From contig MZGJ01000005.1 in NCBI GenBank assembly GCA_002084955.1, forward strand, positions 1 to 47,514: 47,514 bases of DNA, in the 5' to 3' direction. A program made the translations under genes and the position numbers. Below are positions 1 to 9,729 of this stretch, piece after piece. Source of the stretch: a candidate division CPR3 bacterium 4484_211 (GTDB lineage Bacteria > Patescibacteriota > 4484-211). How positions within the stretch are numbered: position 1 is the first letter of the stretch; each line of letters begins with the position of its first letter. The notes beneath the pieces were generated by a model. The model did not search any database, was not told where the DNA came from, and worked only from the letters and a program-made list of their open reading frames with translations.

Positions 1-110
1 CGGGGATTATCTTTTAAGATAACCTTATCGGAATTAAAATAGGAAAAAATACTCATCCCGACAGAAGATGCCAGCGCCGCGATAAACCAGGAAGCTCCTG
101 CTTCAAGCCG
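1..110 (-). pseudogene. HtpX (M48 peptidase)-like N-terminal remnant running off the window edge
   Basis: Minus-strand frame reads EAGASWFIAALASSVGMSIFSYFNSDKVILKDNP. SYFxSDKxxL is typical of HtpX, and lemA-htpX is a common pair. No start codon or normal first TM helix lies between lemA and this segment. Confidence 0.45.
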
Positions 111-165
111 AATTCTGGCTGTGCAATTCCTTCTCTTGAAACGCCGCTGACCTGCCGGTGGGGCT

Positions 166-720
166 TCACTCCTTAAAGCTGACTTTGATATCTTTTCTTT
201 CCTCTTCCTCCGCTTCAAAGAACTCCTCAGGTTTAAAACCAAAAGCGTTGGCCACGATCACGCTGGGAAAAACTTTAAGCTTGATATTGTATTCCATCAC
301 ATTGGTGTTGTAAAACTGCCGAGCGTAGGCAATTTTGTCCTCCACATCAGCTAGCTCATCCTGCAGCTTCTTAAAGTTCTCGTTGGCCTTAAGTTGAGGA
401 TAGTTCTCGGCAACGGCAAAGAGGGTCTTTAGTGTTCCACTAAGAGCATTATCCGCCTGAGCTTTTTCTTGGGGAGTGGACGCGTTAACCAAAGCGCTTC
501 GAGCTCGGCTGACATTTTCAAAAATTTCCTTTTCATGCGCCGCGTATCCCTTTACTGTTTCTACCAAATTGGGAATTAAACTAGCCCGCCGCTTTAATTG
601 AACATCAATTCCTGACCAGGATTCCTCAACTCTGGTTTTTGCGGTAACCAGCCCATTGTAGGTTCCCCAAAGGTAAAGAATAATCACCGCCAGGAAGCCA
701 AGTATTATCATTCCAATCAT
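166..720 (-). CDS. lemA: LemA family protein
   Basis: N-terminal TM; motifs YNx[46 protein letters not shown]. Confidence 0.95.
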   Translation of the reverse strand: MIGMIILGFLAVIILYLWGTYNGLVTAKTRVEESWSGIDVQLKRRASLIPNLVETVKGYAAHEKEIFENVSRARSALVNASTPQEKAQADNALSGTLKTLFAVAENYPQLKANENFKKLQDELADVEDKIAYARQFYNTNVMEYNIKLKVFPSVIVANAFGFKPEEFFEAEEEERKDIKVSFKE

Positions 721-744
721 GTGTTTTCACCTCCCGTTTTTATC

Positions 745-822
745 TGGCGGGAGCGACGGGACTTGAACCCGCGACCTTCTGCGTGACAGGCAGACGCTCT
801 AAACCGTCTGAGCTACGCCCCC
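745..822 (-). tRNA. tRNA-Asp(GTC)
   Basis: Cloverleaf GGGGGCGTAGCTCAG...TCTGC-CT-GTC-AC-GCAGA...GGTTCAAGTCC...CGCTCCCG-CCA. Confidence 0.95.
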
Positions 823-907
823 AACAGCTACATCCTATCAAACTCTTGTCTTTTGGTCAATTAACTGCTATAGTATAACATGCTATCACACAACACTGCC
901 CGGGGAG

Positions 908-1726
908 GTGATATATCTGGCAGAAACTAAAATTTCCGATTTAGATACAAAAGAAAAAATTTTGCAGTCAAGGGAATCGCAGCTGACCACGGTCATCATT
1001 GGGATTTTGCTGGTTGTGGCTGGGTTTTTAGTCTATAGTCACTTTCAATCTCCAGCAAGTCTTTCTACCGAGGAGACAGCTCCCACCCCGGTACCTGTTG
1101 AGCAGGTAAAAGGGGAAACGGATACCAGAAAACGCTACCAGGTTAAAGAAGGAGACACTCTTTGGAGTATTGCTCAGGAAGTTTATGGCGATGGCTTTAG
1201 ATGGCGAAAAATTGCCGAAGCCAATAATATTCCTTTGGAGCGGCCCTATGTAGAAGAAGGCCAGGAATTGGTTATTCCCGGCCCCGGAGAGGAATTAGCC
1301 GAAGAAACCAAAGATTTGATCTATACGGTACAAAAAGGCGACAGCTTATGGAAAATTGCCGAAGAAAAGCTGGGCAGTGGGTTTAGGTGGAAGGATCTGG
1401 CCAGAGTCAACAACATTCCTTTAGAAAATCCGCTAATTGATGTCGGTCAAAGCTTGATTGTCAGCGGGTTTGGCGGTCCGGAGGAAGGAGATGTCCTTTC
1501 TGCGCTGAGTACCGAACCTGCCAACGGAGGAATGAAGACCACTGAGACTTATACTGTTAAGAGAGGTGATACGCTCTGGGGGTTGGCGGAAAAGTTTTAT
1601 GGCAATGGAGGTGACTGGGTAAAAATTTTTGATTCTCCCGAGAATGATTTGAGCATGTACTCTCCTTTAAGCGGTGGTTCGGCCTATCCATTAATCCACG
1701 CCGGTAATGTTTTGGTGATACCTTAA
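908..1726 (+). CDS. Membrane-anchored protein with three LysM peptidoglycan-binding domains
   Basis: One TM helix, then three YxVxxGD(T/S)LWx(I/L)A repeats; GGAGG just before the GTG start. Confidence 0.9.
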   Translation: MIYLAETKISDLDTKEKILQSRESQLTTVIIGILLVVAGFLVYSHFQSPASLSTEETAPTPVPVEQVKGETDTRKRYQVKEGDTLWSIAQEVYGDGFRWRKIAEANNIPLERPYVEEGQELVIPGPGEELAEETKDLIYTVQKGDSLWKIAEEKLGSGFRWKDLARVNNIPLENPLIDVGQSLIVSGFGGPEEGDVLSALSTEPANGGMKTTETYTVKRGDTLWGLAEKFYGNGGDWVKIFDSPENDLSMYSPLSGGSAYPLIHAGNVLVIP

Positions 1727-1794
1727 CGAGGCTCGGCTTACTTCTCCGCTTATCCGGTGCGGTTTTTAATAAAAGCGGCAACTCTTTTTTTCTT

Positions 1795-1867
1795 GCGAGA
1801 GTAGCTCAGCTGGTAGAGCATCTGCTTCCCAAGCAGAAGGTCGCGGGTTCAAGACCCGTCTCTCGCT
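1795..1867 (+). tRNA. tRNA-Gly(CCC), CCA not encoded
   Basis: GCGAGAGTAGCTCAG...TCTGC-TT-CCC-AA-GCAGA...GGTTCAAGACC...CTCTCGCT. Confidence 0.93.
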
Positions 1868-1893
1868 AATGGCAGAGATTACCAATAGAAGAC

Positions 1894-1922
1894 TTGACGT
1901 TTCTTAAACCATCTACTAGGAT
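1894..1922 (+). promoter_or_regulatory. Putative sigma70 promoter of the ABC transporter operon
   Basis: TTGACG (1894-1899), 17 nt, TAGGAT (1917-1922); GGAGG then ATG at 1933. Confidence 0.5.
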
Positions 1923-1932
1923 GGAGGGTAGG

Positions 1933-2676
1933 ATGGTGGAAAGAAAGCATATTATCCGAACCGAAAGGCTTTGCAAGGAGTTTCCCGCCGGACGGCGGCA
2001 GATTGGTGTCCTTCATGATATAGATCTTCATATTTACCCCCGGGAATTTACTATTATCTACGGGCCCTCTGGGTCCGGGAAATCCACCTTGCTGAATACG
2101 CTTTTGGGGCTGGAGCCGCCGACCAGGGGTAAAGTTTTTGTGCGGGGCCGCGATCTTTTCAAAATGGCCGATGACCAACGAGCCGAATTTAGAAACCGGA
2201 ACTACGGAGTGGTTTACCAGCAGCCGTATTGGGTTAAAAGCCTTAATGTTTTGGAAAATGTCTCTTTGCCTCTGCTTCTTCGGGGGGAATCACTAAAATT
2301 TGCTCGGGGAAGAGCCATGTATTCAATAGAGCAGGTAGGCTTGGAACGGTTTGCCAAATACGCTCCCACCCAGCTTTCCGGCGGGCAACAGCAAAAAGTA
2401 AGCCTGGCGCGCGCTTTGGTTACCGATCCCTCGGTAATTGTTGCCGACGAGCCGACCGGCAATCTGGACACCGCTTCCTCCAATGAGGTTATTGAAATGT
2501 TCATGGATCTCATTCAGCGGCTTGGCCGCACGGTGGTTATGGTAACCCACGAATTAAGATTTCTGGAATATGCCCACCGGGCTATATCTATTAGAGACGG
2601 TAAAATTGAAGGAGAATTTGGCAAAAGCGAGATAAAAAATTTGGTTAAAGACCTGAAGGCTATCGGAATAAAATAA
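1933..2676 (+). CDS. ABC transporter ATP-binding protein (LolD/MacB type)
   Basis: Walker [17 protein letters not shown] signature, [13 protein letters not shown]. Start moved to ATG 1933 on the basis of the RBS. Confidence 0.93.
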   Translation: MVERKHIIRTERLCKEFPAGRRQIGVLHDIDLHIYPREFTIIYGPSGSGKSTLLNTLLGLEPPTRGKVFVRGRDLFKMADDQRAEFRNRNYGVVYQQPYWVKSLNVLENVSLPLLLRGESLKFARGRAMYSIEQVGLERFAKYAPTQLSGGQQQKVSLARALVTDPSVIVADEPTGNLDTASSNEVIEMFMDLIQRLGRTVVMVTHELRFLEYAHRAISIRDGKIEGEFGKSEIKNLVKDLKAIGIK

Positions 2677-3887
2677 TGAAGATTTCCTCTCTTTTTATTA
2701 TTGCTTTTAAGACACTATTCGGCAAAAAGCTCCGCAGTCTCTTGACCATCGGAGGGGTAACAGTGGGTATCGGGGCGATTGTCTTTTTGGTTTCTTTAGG
2801 TTACGGCGTTGAAAATCTGATTGTGGAAAGGATAACCGGACTGGATGCCCTGCGCATTATTGATGTTTCCACCATAAAAAGCAAGATTGTCAGGCTGGAC
2901 AGAGAAACTCTAGAGAGATTGTCTTCCCTGCAGAATGTAGAAGCGGTGGAACCGCTTATTAGTTCTCCCGGTCAGATAAGTTTTGGCGGGTCTTCTACTG
3001 ATGTGGTCGTCTTTGCTTCCAGCCAGGAATACATAGAGATGTCCGGCATTAAGGCCAGTTTCGGATCGGTTTTTGATCCTGGAACCGATAAACTAATCGT
3101 CAACGCGGCTGTTCTTAGGCTGGTGGGGGTTGATGAAGCAAATTACGGCCAGACGGTTGGTCAACAGGCCAAATTGAATGTGATCATTAATGCCGAACAG
3201 CAAAGATCCGAATCGGTGCCTAATCCTGAAGCAAAGAGCATAGAAAAGGATTTATCTATTGCCGGGGTAATTAGTGATAATGAAACCCCTTATGTGTTTG
3301 TTCCCCGTGAACTTCTGGAAAAAGAAGGGGTTTTAAATTATTCTCAGGCTAAAGTTAAGGTAAAGAATAAGTCTGATTTGGAATTAGTGCGCCAAAAGAT
3401 TGAGTCTCTTGGGTTGAGCACCACCTCGGCCTCGGACACGGTTCAGCAAATTGACCAGATTTTTTCGCTTTTTCGGATAATTTTAGCTGCTCTTGGTTCA
3501 ATTGCCTTGGTTGTGGCCGCTTTGGGCATGTTTAATACTCTAACCGTTTCTCTTTTGGAACGAACCCGCGAGGTGGGTTTAATGAAGGCTTTGGGAGCGA
3601 AAAAAAGAGATGTCTTCTCGCTTTTCCTTTCTGAGGCAATGATAATTTCCTGTATTGGGGGAGGCTTGGGGGTGGTGTTTGGGTTCTTTCTGGGCGAAGG
3701 GGCTAATTATATTTTAAATTACTTGGCGCAATCTACCGGAAATGAGCCGGTGGACATTTTCCACACGCCTTTCTTTTTTGTTTTGATTATTATCCTTTTT
3801 TCTTTTGTGGTCGGTTTTATTACCGGAATGTATCCCTCACGGCGCGCCAGCCGCCTTAATCCTCTGGATGCCCTAAGGTATGAATAA
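2676..3887 (+). CDS. ABC transporter permease (MacB/FtsX family)
   Basis: RSLLTIGGVTVGIGA N-terminal TM, periplasmic domain, ERTREVGLMKALGA, C-terminal YPSRRASRLNPLDALRYE. Confidence 0.93.
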   Translation: MKISSLFIIAFKTLFGKKLRSLLTIGGVTVGIGAIVFLVSLGYGVENLIVERITGLDALRIIDVSTIKSKIVRLDRETLERLSSLQNVEAVEPLISSPGQISFGGSSTDVVVFASSQEYIEMSGIKASFGSVFDPGTDKLIVNAAVLRLVGVDEANYGQTVGQQAKLNVIINAEQQRSESVPNPEAKSIEKDLSIAGVISDNETPYVFVPRELLEKEGVLNYSQAKVKVKNKSDLELVRQKIESLGLSTTSASDTVQQIDQIFSLFRIILAALGSIALVVAALGMFNTLTVSLLERTREVGLMKALGAKKRDVFSLFLSEAMIISCIGGGLGVVFGFFLGEGANYILNYLAQSTGNEPVDIFHTPFFFVLIIILFSFVVGFITGMYPSRRASRLNPLDALRYE

Positions 3888-3930
3888 AAATTCTTTACCC
3901 ACCCGCGCTTTTTTGTTATATTCCTAATGA

Positions 3931-6900
3931 ATGAAGTCTTCAATTACTCAATTAAAGGAAGGATTAGTTAAAGATTTATCTCCTTTTACCCCTTTACTTA
4001 AAGGCTTTGGCTTATTAGTCTTAGTCGGCTTACTTCTCGGCATATTTCAACATCAGTCCTTGCAAAAAGGACCAACTACCTATCATCGTGAGATTTTGGG
4101 GTTAAGTCAAGCTTCAATTACCAAAAATACGGACACCCATTTTAACCAGGGATCTTTTTCCTCTACCGAAGTTTCGGGAACTGGCAGTGGAGCAGTCGTC
4201 CAACTGGCTGGTAGTGGCGGCGAAAACTGGTGGAACTCTAGTTATTCTTTTAGGAAGCAACTTACAGTGACCAATAATTCAGGAAGTCAAGCTCTGGCCC
4301 AAGGAAGTCTAGTGGCTTTAACGCTTAATCACCAGGCATTGGTGAACAATTCTAAGTCACAAGCAGACGGTGATGATATCCGAATAGTATATTATTCGGG
4401 TGGTAATACGGAAATTTCCCGGGCGGTAGCAGTTGATACCGGCTGGAACCAGGTAGACTCTAAGGTGATGTTTAAGACCCAGACCGAGATTGGTGCCGGC
4501 AGTTCGGATAATAATTATTGGCTTTACTACGGAAACGATTCTGTTGGCGCCCCCCCAGATATTAATATCGGTTTTGGTGACGGTTCTGATGGTGACTTAA
4601 CTGTGACCAGTGCGGGGACAGTAGTTAATAATTATGCCTATATTACCGACGCCACAGTCGCTTCCGGCTCAACAACTTTTAATGTTAACGATACTTCCGG
4701 CTTCACTGCCGGGGATGAAATTTTAGTCATTCAAGTTCAACACGACGGTGCCAATTCCAATGCCGGTGTGTACGAATTTCGGGAAATCTCCTCTATCAAT
4801 GGCGACCAGATTACATTAGGTTCAGCACTGAGTAATACCTACTATTCCAATGATTTTGATAATGCCACAGCTTCGGCTGCCCAAATTGTTAGAGTTCCCC
4901 AGTATGGGAATGTGAGTATTAGCTCGGGTGCAAGTATTACAGCTCCAGCTTGGAATGGTTACCAAGGGGGAATTGTTGTTTTTCGGGCGCAGGGCACGGT
5001 GAATATCGCCGGAGATATTGATGTTAGTGCCAAAGGTTATCGTGGGGGGTACCATGGGGCTTCCAGTAACTGTGATGGTGCTCAAGGAGAGAGTTATAAA
5101 GGGAAAGATACCACTAACACTTGCTATGGCTACGGAGCTAAGAAGCTGGCCAAAGAAGGTGGCGGCGGATCTTATATTTGTGGCGGGGGCGGAGAATATG
5201 CGGGTAATTCTACTAATAGCGATGACTGGAATGGTGATGGTGGTGATGAGTATGCGCGGCACGGTGAAACCTACGGCCAGGCAGATTTAAGCACAATATT
5301 TTTTGGTTCTGGCGGCGGAGGTCAATGGGATGGAAGTGAGGGCGGCGGTTGTGGTAGCCAAACAATTTCTGATGGCGGTAATGGAGGAGGGATAGTCTTT
5401 ATTTACGCTAATCAAATAACTTCCTCTACCGAGGGTATTTTATCCCAGGGACAAAGTACCAGCGGTTGTCAACGCGGTTCCTTCACCTATGGCTCTTCGG
5501 GGGGAGCCGGAGGATCAATATTTTTGATGGCCGAGGATATTAGTGGGACCGCGGGTTTTGCTGATGCCACAGGAGGTTCAGGTAATCATAGCCCCCAGAG
5601 AAGCGGCGGCGATGGTGGAGACGGCCGAGTTCGCTTGGTTTATTCCAGTCTCACGGGGTCTTCTTTTCCTTCAGCTTCAGATAAGGATTGGGATGATGAT
5701 GCCAGCGTTTCTGCGGGCGACGAGGTTTCGGTTCTTCCTCCATCAGGGAATTGGGCTTCTCCTACAAACTCCAATGTCATTGATCTTATCTGGAACGGAG
5801 GTTGGGGGGATGGGTCGGACAGTTCCACGGCCTTTTCGGCGACAGTTGCCAATGTAGGGGCAAACTCTTCAATAACTTTTGAAATGAAAGCCGCCTCAAG
5901 TGTAGTTGATCTTTTATCAGCCAGCTATATTACCTTGGGGACAGCTAATTCGGGGACGACTTTTACCAAGACGAAATCTGATTTGGACGCTTTAGGTTTA
6001 GATGCGGGAAGTAACCGGTATCTTCAGGTACGGGCCGCACTTGCCTCTGCGAATGGGGTTACTAACCCTCAGCTGGACTCATTTACTATTTACTACATGG
6101 CCGACCAAGACAATCCCAGTAATCCCACAAGTTTAACGGCGTTGAGTGCTGACGGGGGTGCAGTAATAAACACAGATACCTGGTACAACTATCCGAGTCC
6201 CTATTTTAGCTGGAGCGGGGCGAGTGATGCTGACAGTGGGGTAGCTGGTTATTATGTATATTTTGGCACGAGCAGTAGTGCCAATCCCTTAACGGCGGGC
6301 AGTTACCAGACAAATGCAAGCTATGCCGCTTCGTCCCTGTCTAGCCCAAATACCTACTACCTGCGCATAAAAACCAAAGATAATGCTGGCAATGTCTCCT
6401 CGGACACCTGGGCGCCGTTTAGTTACCGATACGAAACAGGGGAGCCTGCCAATCCCTCATCAGTTTCTGTATTGCCGGTGGGCTACACTTCCATCAATTC
6501 TTTTCAATTCAACTGGACTCAAGGGAGTGATGATGATTCGGGCATTTGGGGGTATTGCTACAAAACAGGGACAACGGATACGGAGAGTGTTTACTATACA
6601 GATCAATGTACTACCGAGACTTCAGTGTCTTCTATTCCCGCCTACCAGAATGATGTCAATATTTTTTATGTTCGAGCCAAAGATAACGCCAATAATGTTA
6701 ACAGTTCCTACAAGCAGATCAACTATTACTACAATGCCAATGCTCCCAGTGCCCCCCAGAATGTGGTGGTAACTGCGGCTTCTTCCATTGCGGGTACCAA
6801 TTGTACTTCCACAGATAACTGTTTTAGCGTTAGCTGGGATCTGCCAGCAGAATATTCGGGAAGTATTGAGGCCTACTACTATTCCATTAATGTGGAGCCC

Positions 6901-9111
6901 ACAGATAGTAATAGCACACAGACTAATGAGAGTCAGACGACTAACCGGGCTCTTAGTGCCCGTCCTTTGGCAACGCAACAGGGCGAGAATACTTTCTACA
7001 TTGTAGCTAAAGACAACAGCGGGAACATCAATTACAACATATACGGCAGTGCGACTTTTACAACCACTACCACGGCTCCAGGAATTCCAACCAATGTCCA
7101 ACTTAGCGATTCTTCAAACAGGGATGCAGAGAAATATCAATTAACAATTACCTGGGATGCTCCAAGTGAAGTAGGTTCAGGAATAGATCATTACAATATT
7201 TACCGTTCTACTGATGGGTCTAGCTACAGTCGGGTAGCTACGGCTTCGGCGGGCAGCACAGGCTATTTAGACACGGGTCTTGATAACAGCACCCGGTACT
7301 ATTACAAAGTAAGCGCCGAAGATAATGCCGGTGCAGAGGGGAGTTTTAGTACTGTGGTCAGTGAAATACCTACAGGGAGATACACCACTCCGCCGGAAAT
7401 TATTGTGGAGCCCAGCGTTAGCACTTCCATACTTTCGGCTACGGTATCCTGGCAGATGGAGCGGAGCTGCAAAGGCTATGTGCAGTTTAGAGAAAGCCAG
7501 GAGTCTAATTTTGTCGAGCAGGGGCCGGGGACAAGTGCTCTGGAGCATGAGGTAACGGTGGTAGGGCTTAAAGCTGATACCACTTACTACTACCGTATTC
7601 GTTGTGAGGATATTGATGGGAACGAGGCTTTTTCTGAGGAGGCGACTTTTAGCACGAACGATGCTCCCAGCGCGCCGATTAACCTGGCAGTAAGTCCGGC
7701 GAACAGCAGCACCAACAGCTTTGCCTTTTCCTGGGATGCTCCCACAGATATTGGGGTAACGATTGACTATTACTATTACAGTATTAATCAAGAACCTAAT
7801 GAGAGCAACATTTCCAAGACAGCCTTAACTAAATTAGATGCCGGGCCGTATGCTACCCAACAGGGGGTGAATACCTTTTATGTGGTGGCCGTGGATGATG
7901 CCGGAAATTACAATTTTGATAATTACGCCTCGGTCTCCTTTACCGCGCAAACCATGGCTCCGGGAATTCCTCGTAATGTTCAGGTGACGGACAGCTCCGA
8001 CCGCGCCAATAAAAGTTATCGTCTAACTATAGCCTGGAACAAACCATCAGACGGAATGGTTGACCACTACGATATCTACCGCTCACAGGACAACTCTGCT
8101 TTCACTAAGGTGGCGCAGGTAAGTGCTACAGGCTTCCTGGATACGGACTTAGATACCAATACCGTCTATTATTACTATGTCAAGTCAATTGACAACGCCG
8201 GGGCAACTTCAGCCCCGTCTACTACAGTCAGCAAGCAACCCACAGGCCGATATGTTACCCCGCCGGATTATGAAGGGGAGCCTAGTGTAGAAGCAACCTC
8301 CACCACGGCGGTTATTAAATGGACTACGGACCGGGCATCTACCTCTTTTGTCAATTATGGTGTTACTGAGGACATAGGGGAATCCAAGGGGAGTCTAGAA
8401 GAAGTTATTGCCCACGAGGTTGAACTAAGCGGGCTTGATCCTGCAACTAAATATTACTATCGGGTTCAGTCTTTTGACGAGGCTCGGGATTATACACTGG
8501 AGGAGGCTCAGTCCGATCTTTTCACTTTTACCACCTCGGTGGCTCCCGCGATTTCAGATGTAAAGATTGAGGATGTACGGCAGACAACGGCAATTGTTAG
8601 TTGGAAGACAACGACGGTGAGTACTTCCACAGTCAAATACGGGAAAACAACTGATTATGGGGGAACTATAGAGGATAAAAGTACGGGGTCAACAACAATA
8701 CACACCGTCCGTCTTGGGGATCTTGATTCTGAGAGCCTGTATCATGTACGAGTACTGGGCACAGACACAGAGGGGAACAAACTTGAGAGTGACGACTATG
8801 TATTCCAAACACTGGCTTTCCCAAGAATTTTCAACCTAAGTTTTGAGCCGGTGGCCGGGGCAGCCAGCGCCACCATAGTGGTTAGTTGGGAGACTAATGT
8901 GGAGACAGACAGCATTGTAGAGTTCGCGCCCGCAGGGGAGACATTTGCGGAGAAGGCAAGTTCTGAATTGGTGAAAGAACATGAGTTAACTATTGCCGAT
9001 CTCCAAGATAATACGGTTTATCATTTCCGGGCAAAGGGACGGGATCAATTTGGGAATGTGGCTCTGTCGGACCTGCAGGTTTATTCTACCCCTTTGAAGA
9101 TACCACTTTAA
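3931..9111 (+). CDS. Giant surface protein: DUF2341-like domain, Gly-rich region, many FN3/Ig-like repeats; C-terminus interrupted
   Basis: N-terminal TM; WWNSSYSFRKQLTV...DGDDIR (DUF2341-like); GGGG-rich block; repeated W..P and YYY.V.A.D.AGN FN3 motifs. Confidence 0.85.
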   Translation: MKSSITQLKEGLVKDLSPFTPLLKGFGLLVLVGLLLGIFQHQSLQKGPTTYHREILGLSQASITKNTDTHFNQGSFSSTEVSGTGSGAVVQLAGSGGENWWNSSYSFRKQLTVTNNSGSQALAQGSLVALTLNHQALVNNSKSQADGDDIRIVYYSGGNTEISRAVAVDTGWNQVDSKVMFKTQTEIGAGSSDNNYWLYYGNDSVGAPPDINIGFGDGSDGDLTVTSAGTVVNNYAYITDATVASGSTTFNVNDTSGFTAGDEILVIQVQHDGANSNAGVYEFREISSINGDQITLGSALSNTYYSNDFDNATASAAQIVRVPQYGNVSISSGASITAPAWNGYQGGIVVFRAQGTVNIAGDIDVSAKGYRGGYHGASSNCDGAQGESYKGKDTTNTCYGYGAKKLAKEGGGGSYICGGGGEYAGNSTNSDDWNGDGGDEYARHGETYGQADLSTIFFGSGGGGQWDGSEGGGCGSQTISDGGNGGGIVFIYANQITSSTEGILSQGQSTSGCQRGSFTYGSSGGAGGSIFLMAEDISGTAGFADATGGSGNHSPQRSGGDGGDGRVRLVYSSLTGSSFPSASDKDWDDDASVSAGDEVSVLPPSGNWASPTNSNVIDLIWNGGWGDGSDSSTAFSATVANVGANSSITFEMKAASSVVDLLSASYITLGTANSGTTFTKTKSDLDALGLDAGSNRYLQVRAALASANGVTNPQLDSFTIYYMADQDNPSNPTSLTALSADGGAVINTDTWYNYPSPYFSWSGASDADSGVAGYYVYFGTSSSANPLTAGSYQTNASYAASSLSSPNTYYLRIKTKDNAGNVSSDTWAPFSYRYETGEPANPSSVSVLPVGYTSINSFQFNWTQGSDDDSGIWGYCYKTGTTDTESVYYTDQCTTETSVSSIPAYQNDVNIFYVRAKDNANNVNSSYKQINYYYNANAPSAPQNVVVTAASSIAGTNCTSTDNCFSVSWDLPAEYSGSIEAYYYSINVEPTDSNSTQTNESQTTNRALSARPLATQQGENTFYIVAKDNSGNINYNIYGSATFTTTTTAPGIPTNVQLSDSSNRDAEKYQLTITWDAPSEVGSGIDHYNIYRSTDGSSYSRVATASAGSTGYLDTGLDNSTRYYYKVSAEDNAGAEGSFSTVVSEIPTGRYTTPPEIIVEPSVSTSILSATVSWQMERSCKGYVQFRESQESNFVEQGPGTSALEHEVTVVGLKADTTYYYRIRCEDIDGNEAFSEEATFSTNDAPSAPINLAVSPANSSTNSFAFSWDAPTDIGVTIDYYYYSINQEPNESNISKTALTKLDAGPYATQQGVNTFYVVAVDDAGNYNFDNYASVSFTAQTMAPGIPRNVQVTDSSDRANKSYRLTIAWNKPSDGMVDHYDIYRSQDNSAFTKVAQVSATGFLDTDLDTNTVYYYYVKSIDNAGATSAPSTTVSKQPTGRYVTPPDYEGEPSVEATSTTAVIKWTTDRASTSFVNYGVTEDIGESKGSLEEVIAHEVELSGLDPATKYYYRVQSFDEARDYTLEEAQSDLFTFTTSVAPAISDVKIEDVRQTTAIVSWKTTTVSTSTVKYGKTTDYGGTIEDKSTGSTTIHTVRLGDLDSESLYHVRVLGTDTEGNKLESDDYVFQTLAFPRIFNLSFEPVAGAASATIVVSWETNVETDSIVEFAPAGETFAEKASSELVKEHELTIADLQDNTVYHFRAKGRDQFGNVALSDLQVYSTPLKIPL

Positions 9112-9344
9112 CCAACTCACATCTGGTGATTGTCTCCGATCTTCGGCCCTCTAAGCCCTATCATTTGCGGGTAATTTCCAAAGACGGGGCGGGCAATGAA
9201 ACAAAATCTCAAGATCACGCGGAAATTACCGGGCGCGCCGCGGAAATTACCGGGCGCGCCACGGAAAGCGTGTTGGATTTGATTATTGTCAACCTGCAGG
9301 AAAGCTTTGGGTGGCTGGGCAATTTGGGGAAAATTTTTAGGTAG
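9096..9344 (+). pseudogene. Out-of-frame C-terminal part of the giant FN3 protein
   Basis: The -1 frame reads EDTTLTNSHLVIVSDLRPSKPYHLRVISKDGAGN, the second half of an FN3 repeat like those upstream. Confidence 0.7.
9218..9260 (+). repeat. Perfect 21-bp tandem duplication (CGCGGAAATTACCGGGCGCGC x2)
   Basis: Read directly; encodes AEITGRA twice. Confidence 0.95.
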
Positions 9345-9355
9345 CGGCCGGACGG

Positions 9356-9431
9356 TGGCGCCGACGGCAGGATTCGAACCTGCGGCCTACTGCTTAGAAG
9401 GCAGTTGCTCTATCCTCTGAGCTACGCCGGC
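9356..9431 (-). tRNA. tRNA-Arg(TCT)
   Basis: GCCGGCGTAGCTCAG...ACTGC-CT-TCT-AA-GCAGT...GGTTCGAATCC...G-CCA. Confidence 0.95.
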
Positions 9432-9435
9432 TTTT

Positions 9436-9524
9436 TGGTGGGCGAAGGGAGACTTGAACTCCCACGATCATTGATGATCATTAGCTTCTGAAGCTAACGC
9501 GTCTGCCAATTCCGCCATTCGCCC
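9436..9524 (-). tRNA. tRNA-Leu(CAG)
   Basis: GGGCGAATGGCGGAATTGGCAGACGC, TTAGC-TT-CAG-AA-GCTAA, long variable arm, A-CCA. Confidence 0.95.
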
Positions 9525-9560
9525 TCAGCGAATTGTTCAGCAATTATATTTTAACACGAG

Positions 9561-9657
9561 GATGGGTCATGAATACCCAACTTGGTTGTAATGACAATAA
9601 CCAAGCACCAAATTACAAACAAATTCTAAATCCAAAATTCAAATAACCAAAACTTTT
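9561..9657 (+). repeat. Dispersed intergenic element, copy 1 of 4
   Basis: 9584-9651 matches 46561-46628 at 64/68 positions (hand alignment); also similar to 29514-29585 and the reverse of 45569-45635. Confidence 0.85.
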
Positions 9658-9671
9658 TGCATGGATAGGTC

Positions 9672-9690
9672 GCAGACTGAAGTCTGCTAC
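9672..9690 (-). repeat. REP-like palindrome GTAGCAGACTTCAGTCTGC
   Basis: 7-2-7 hairpin GCAGACT-nn-AGTCTGC with a 5' GTAG on the minus strand; second copy at 29461-29476. Confidence 0.65.
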
Positions 9691-9729
9691 TGCAGTTAAA
9701 TCCTTTATGCCGCAGTTACATTTTAGCAT

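Noticed and set aside
1746-1792. Intrinsic terminator after the LysM gene
   Set aside because: Only a 4-5 bp stem; too weak to call.
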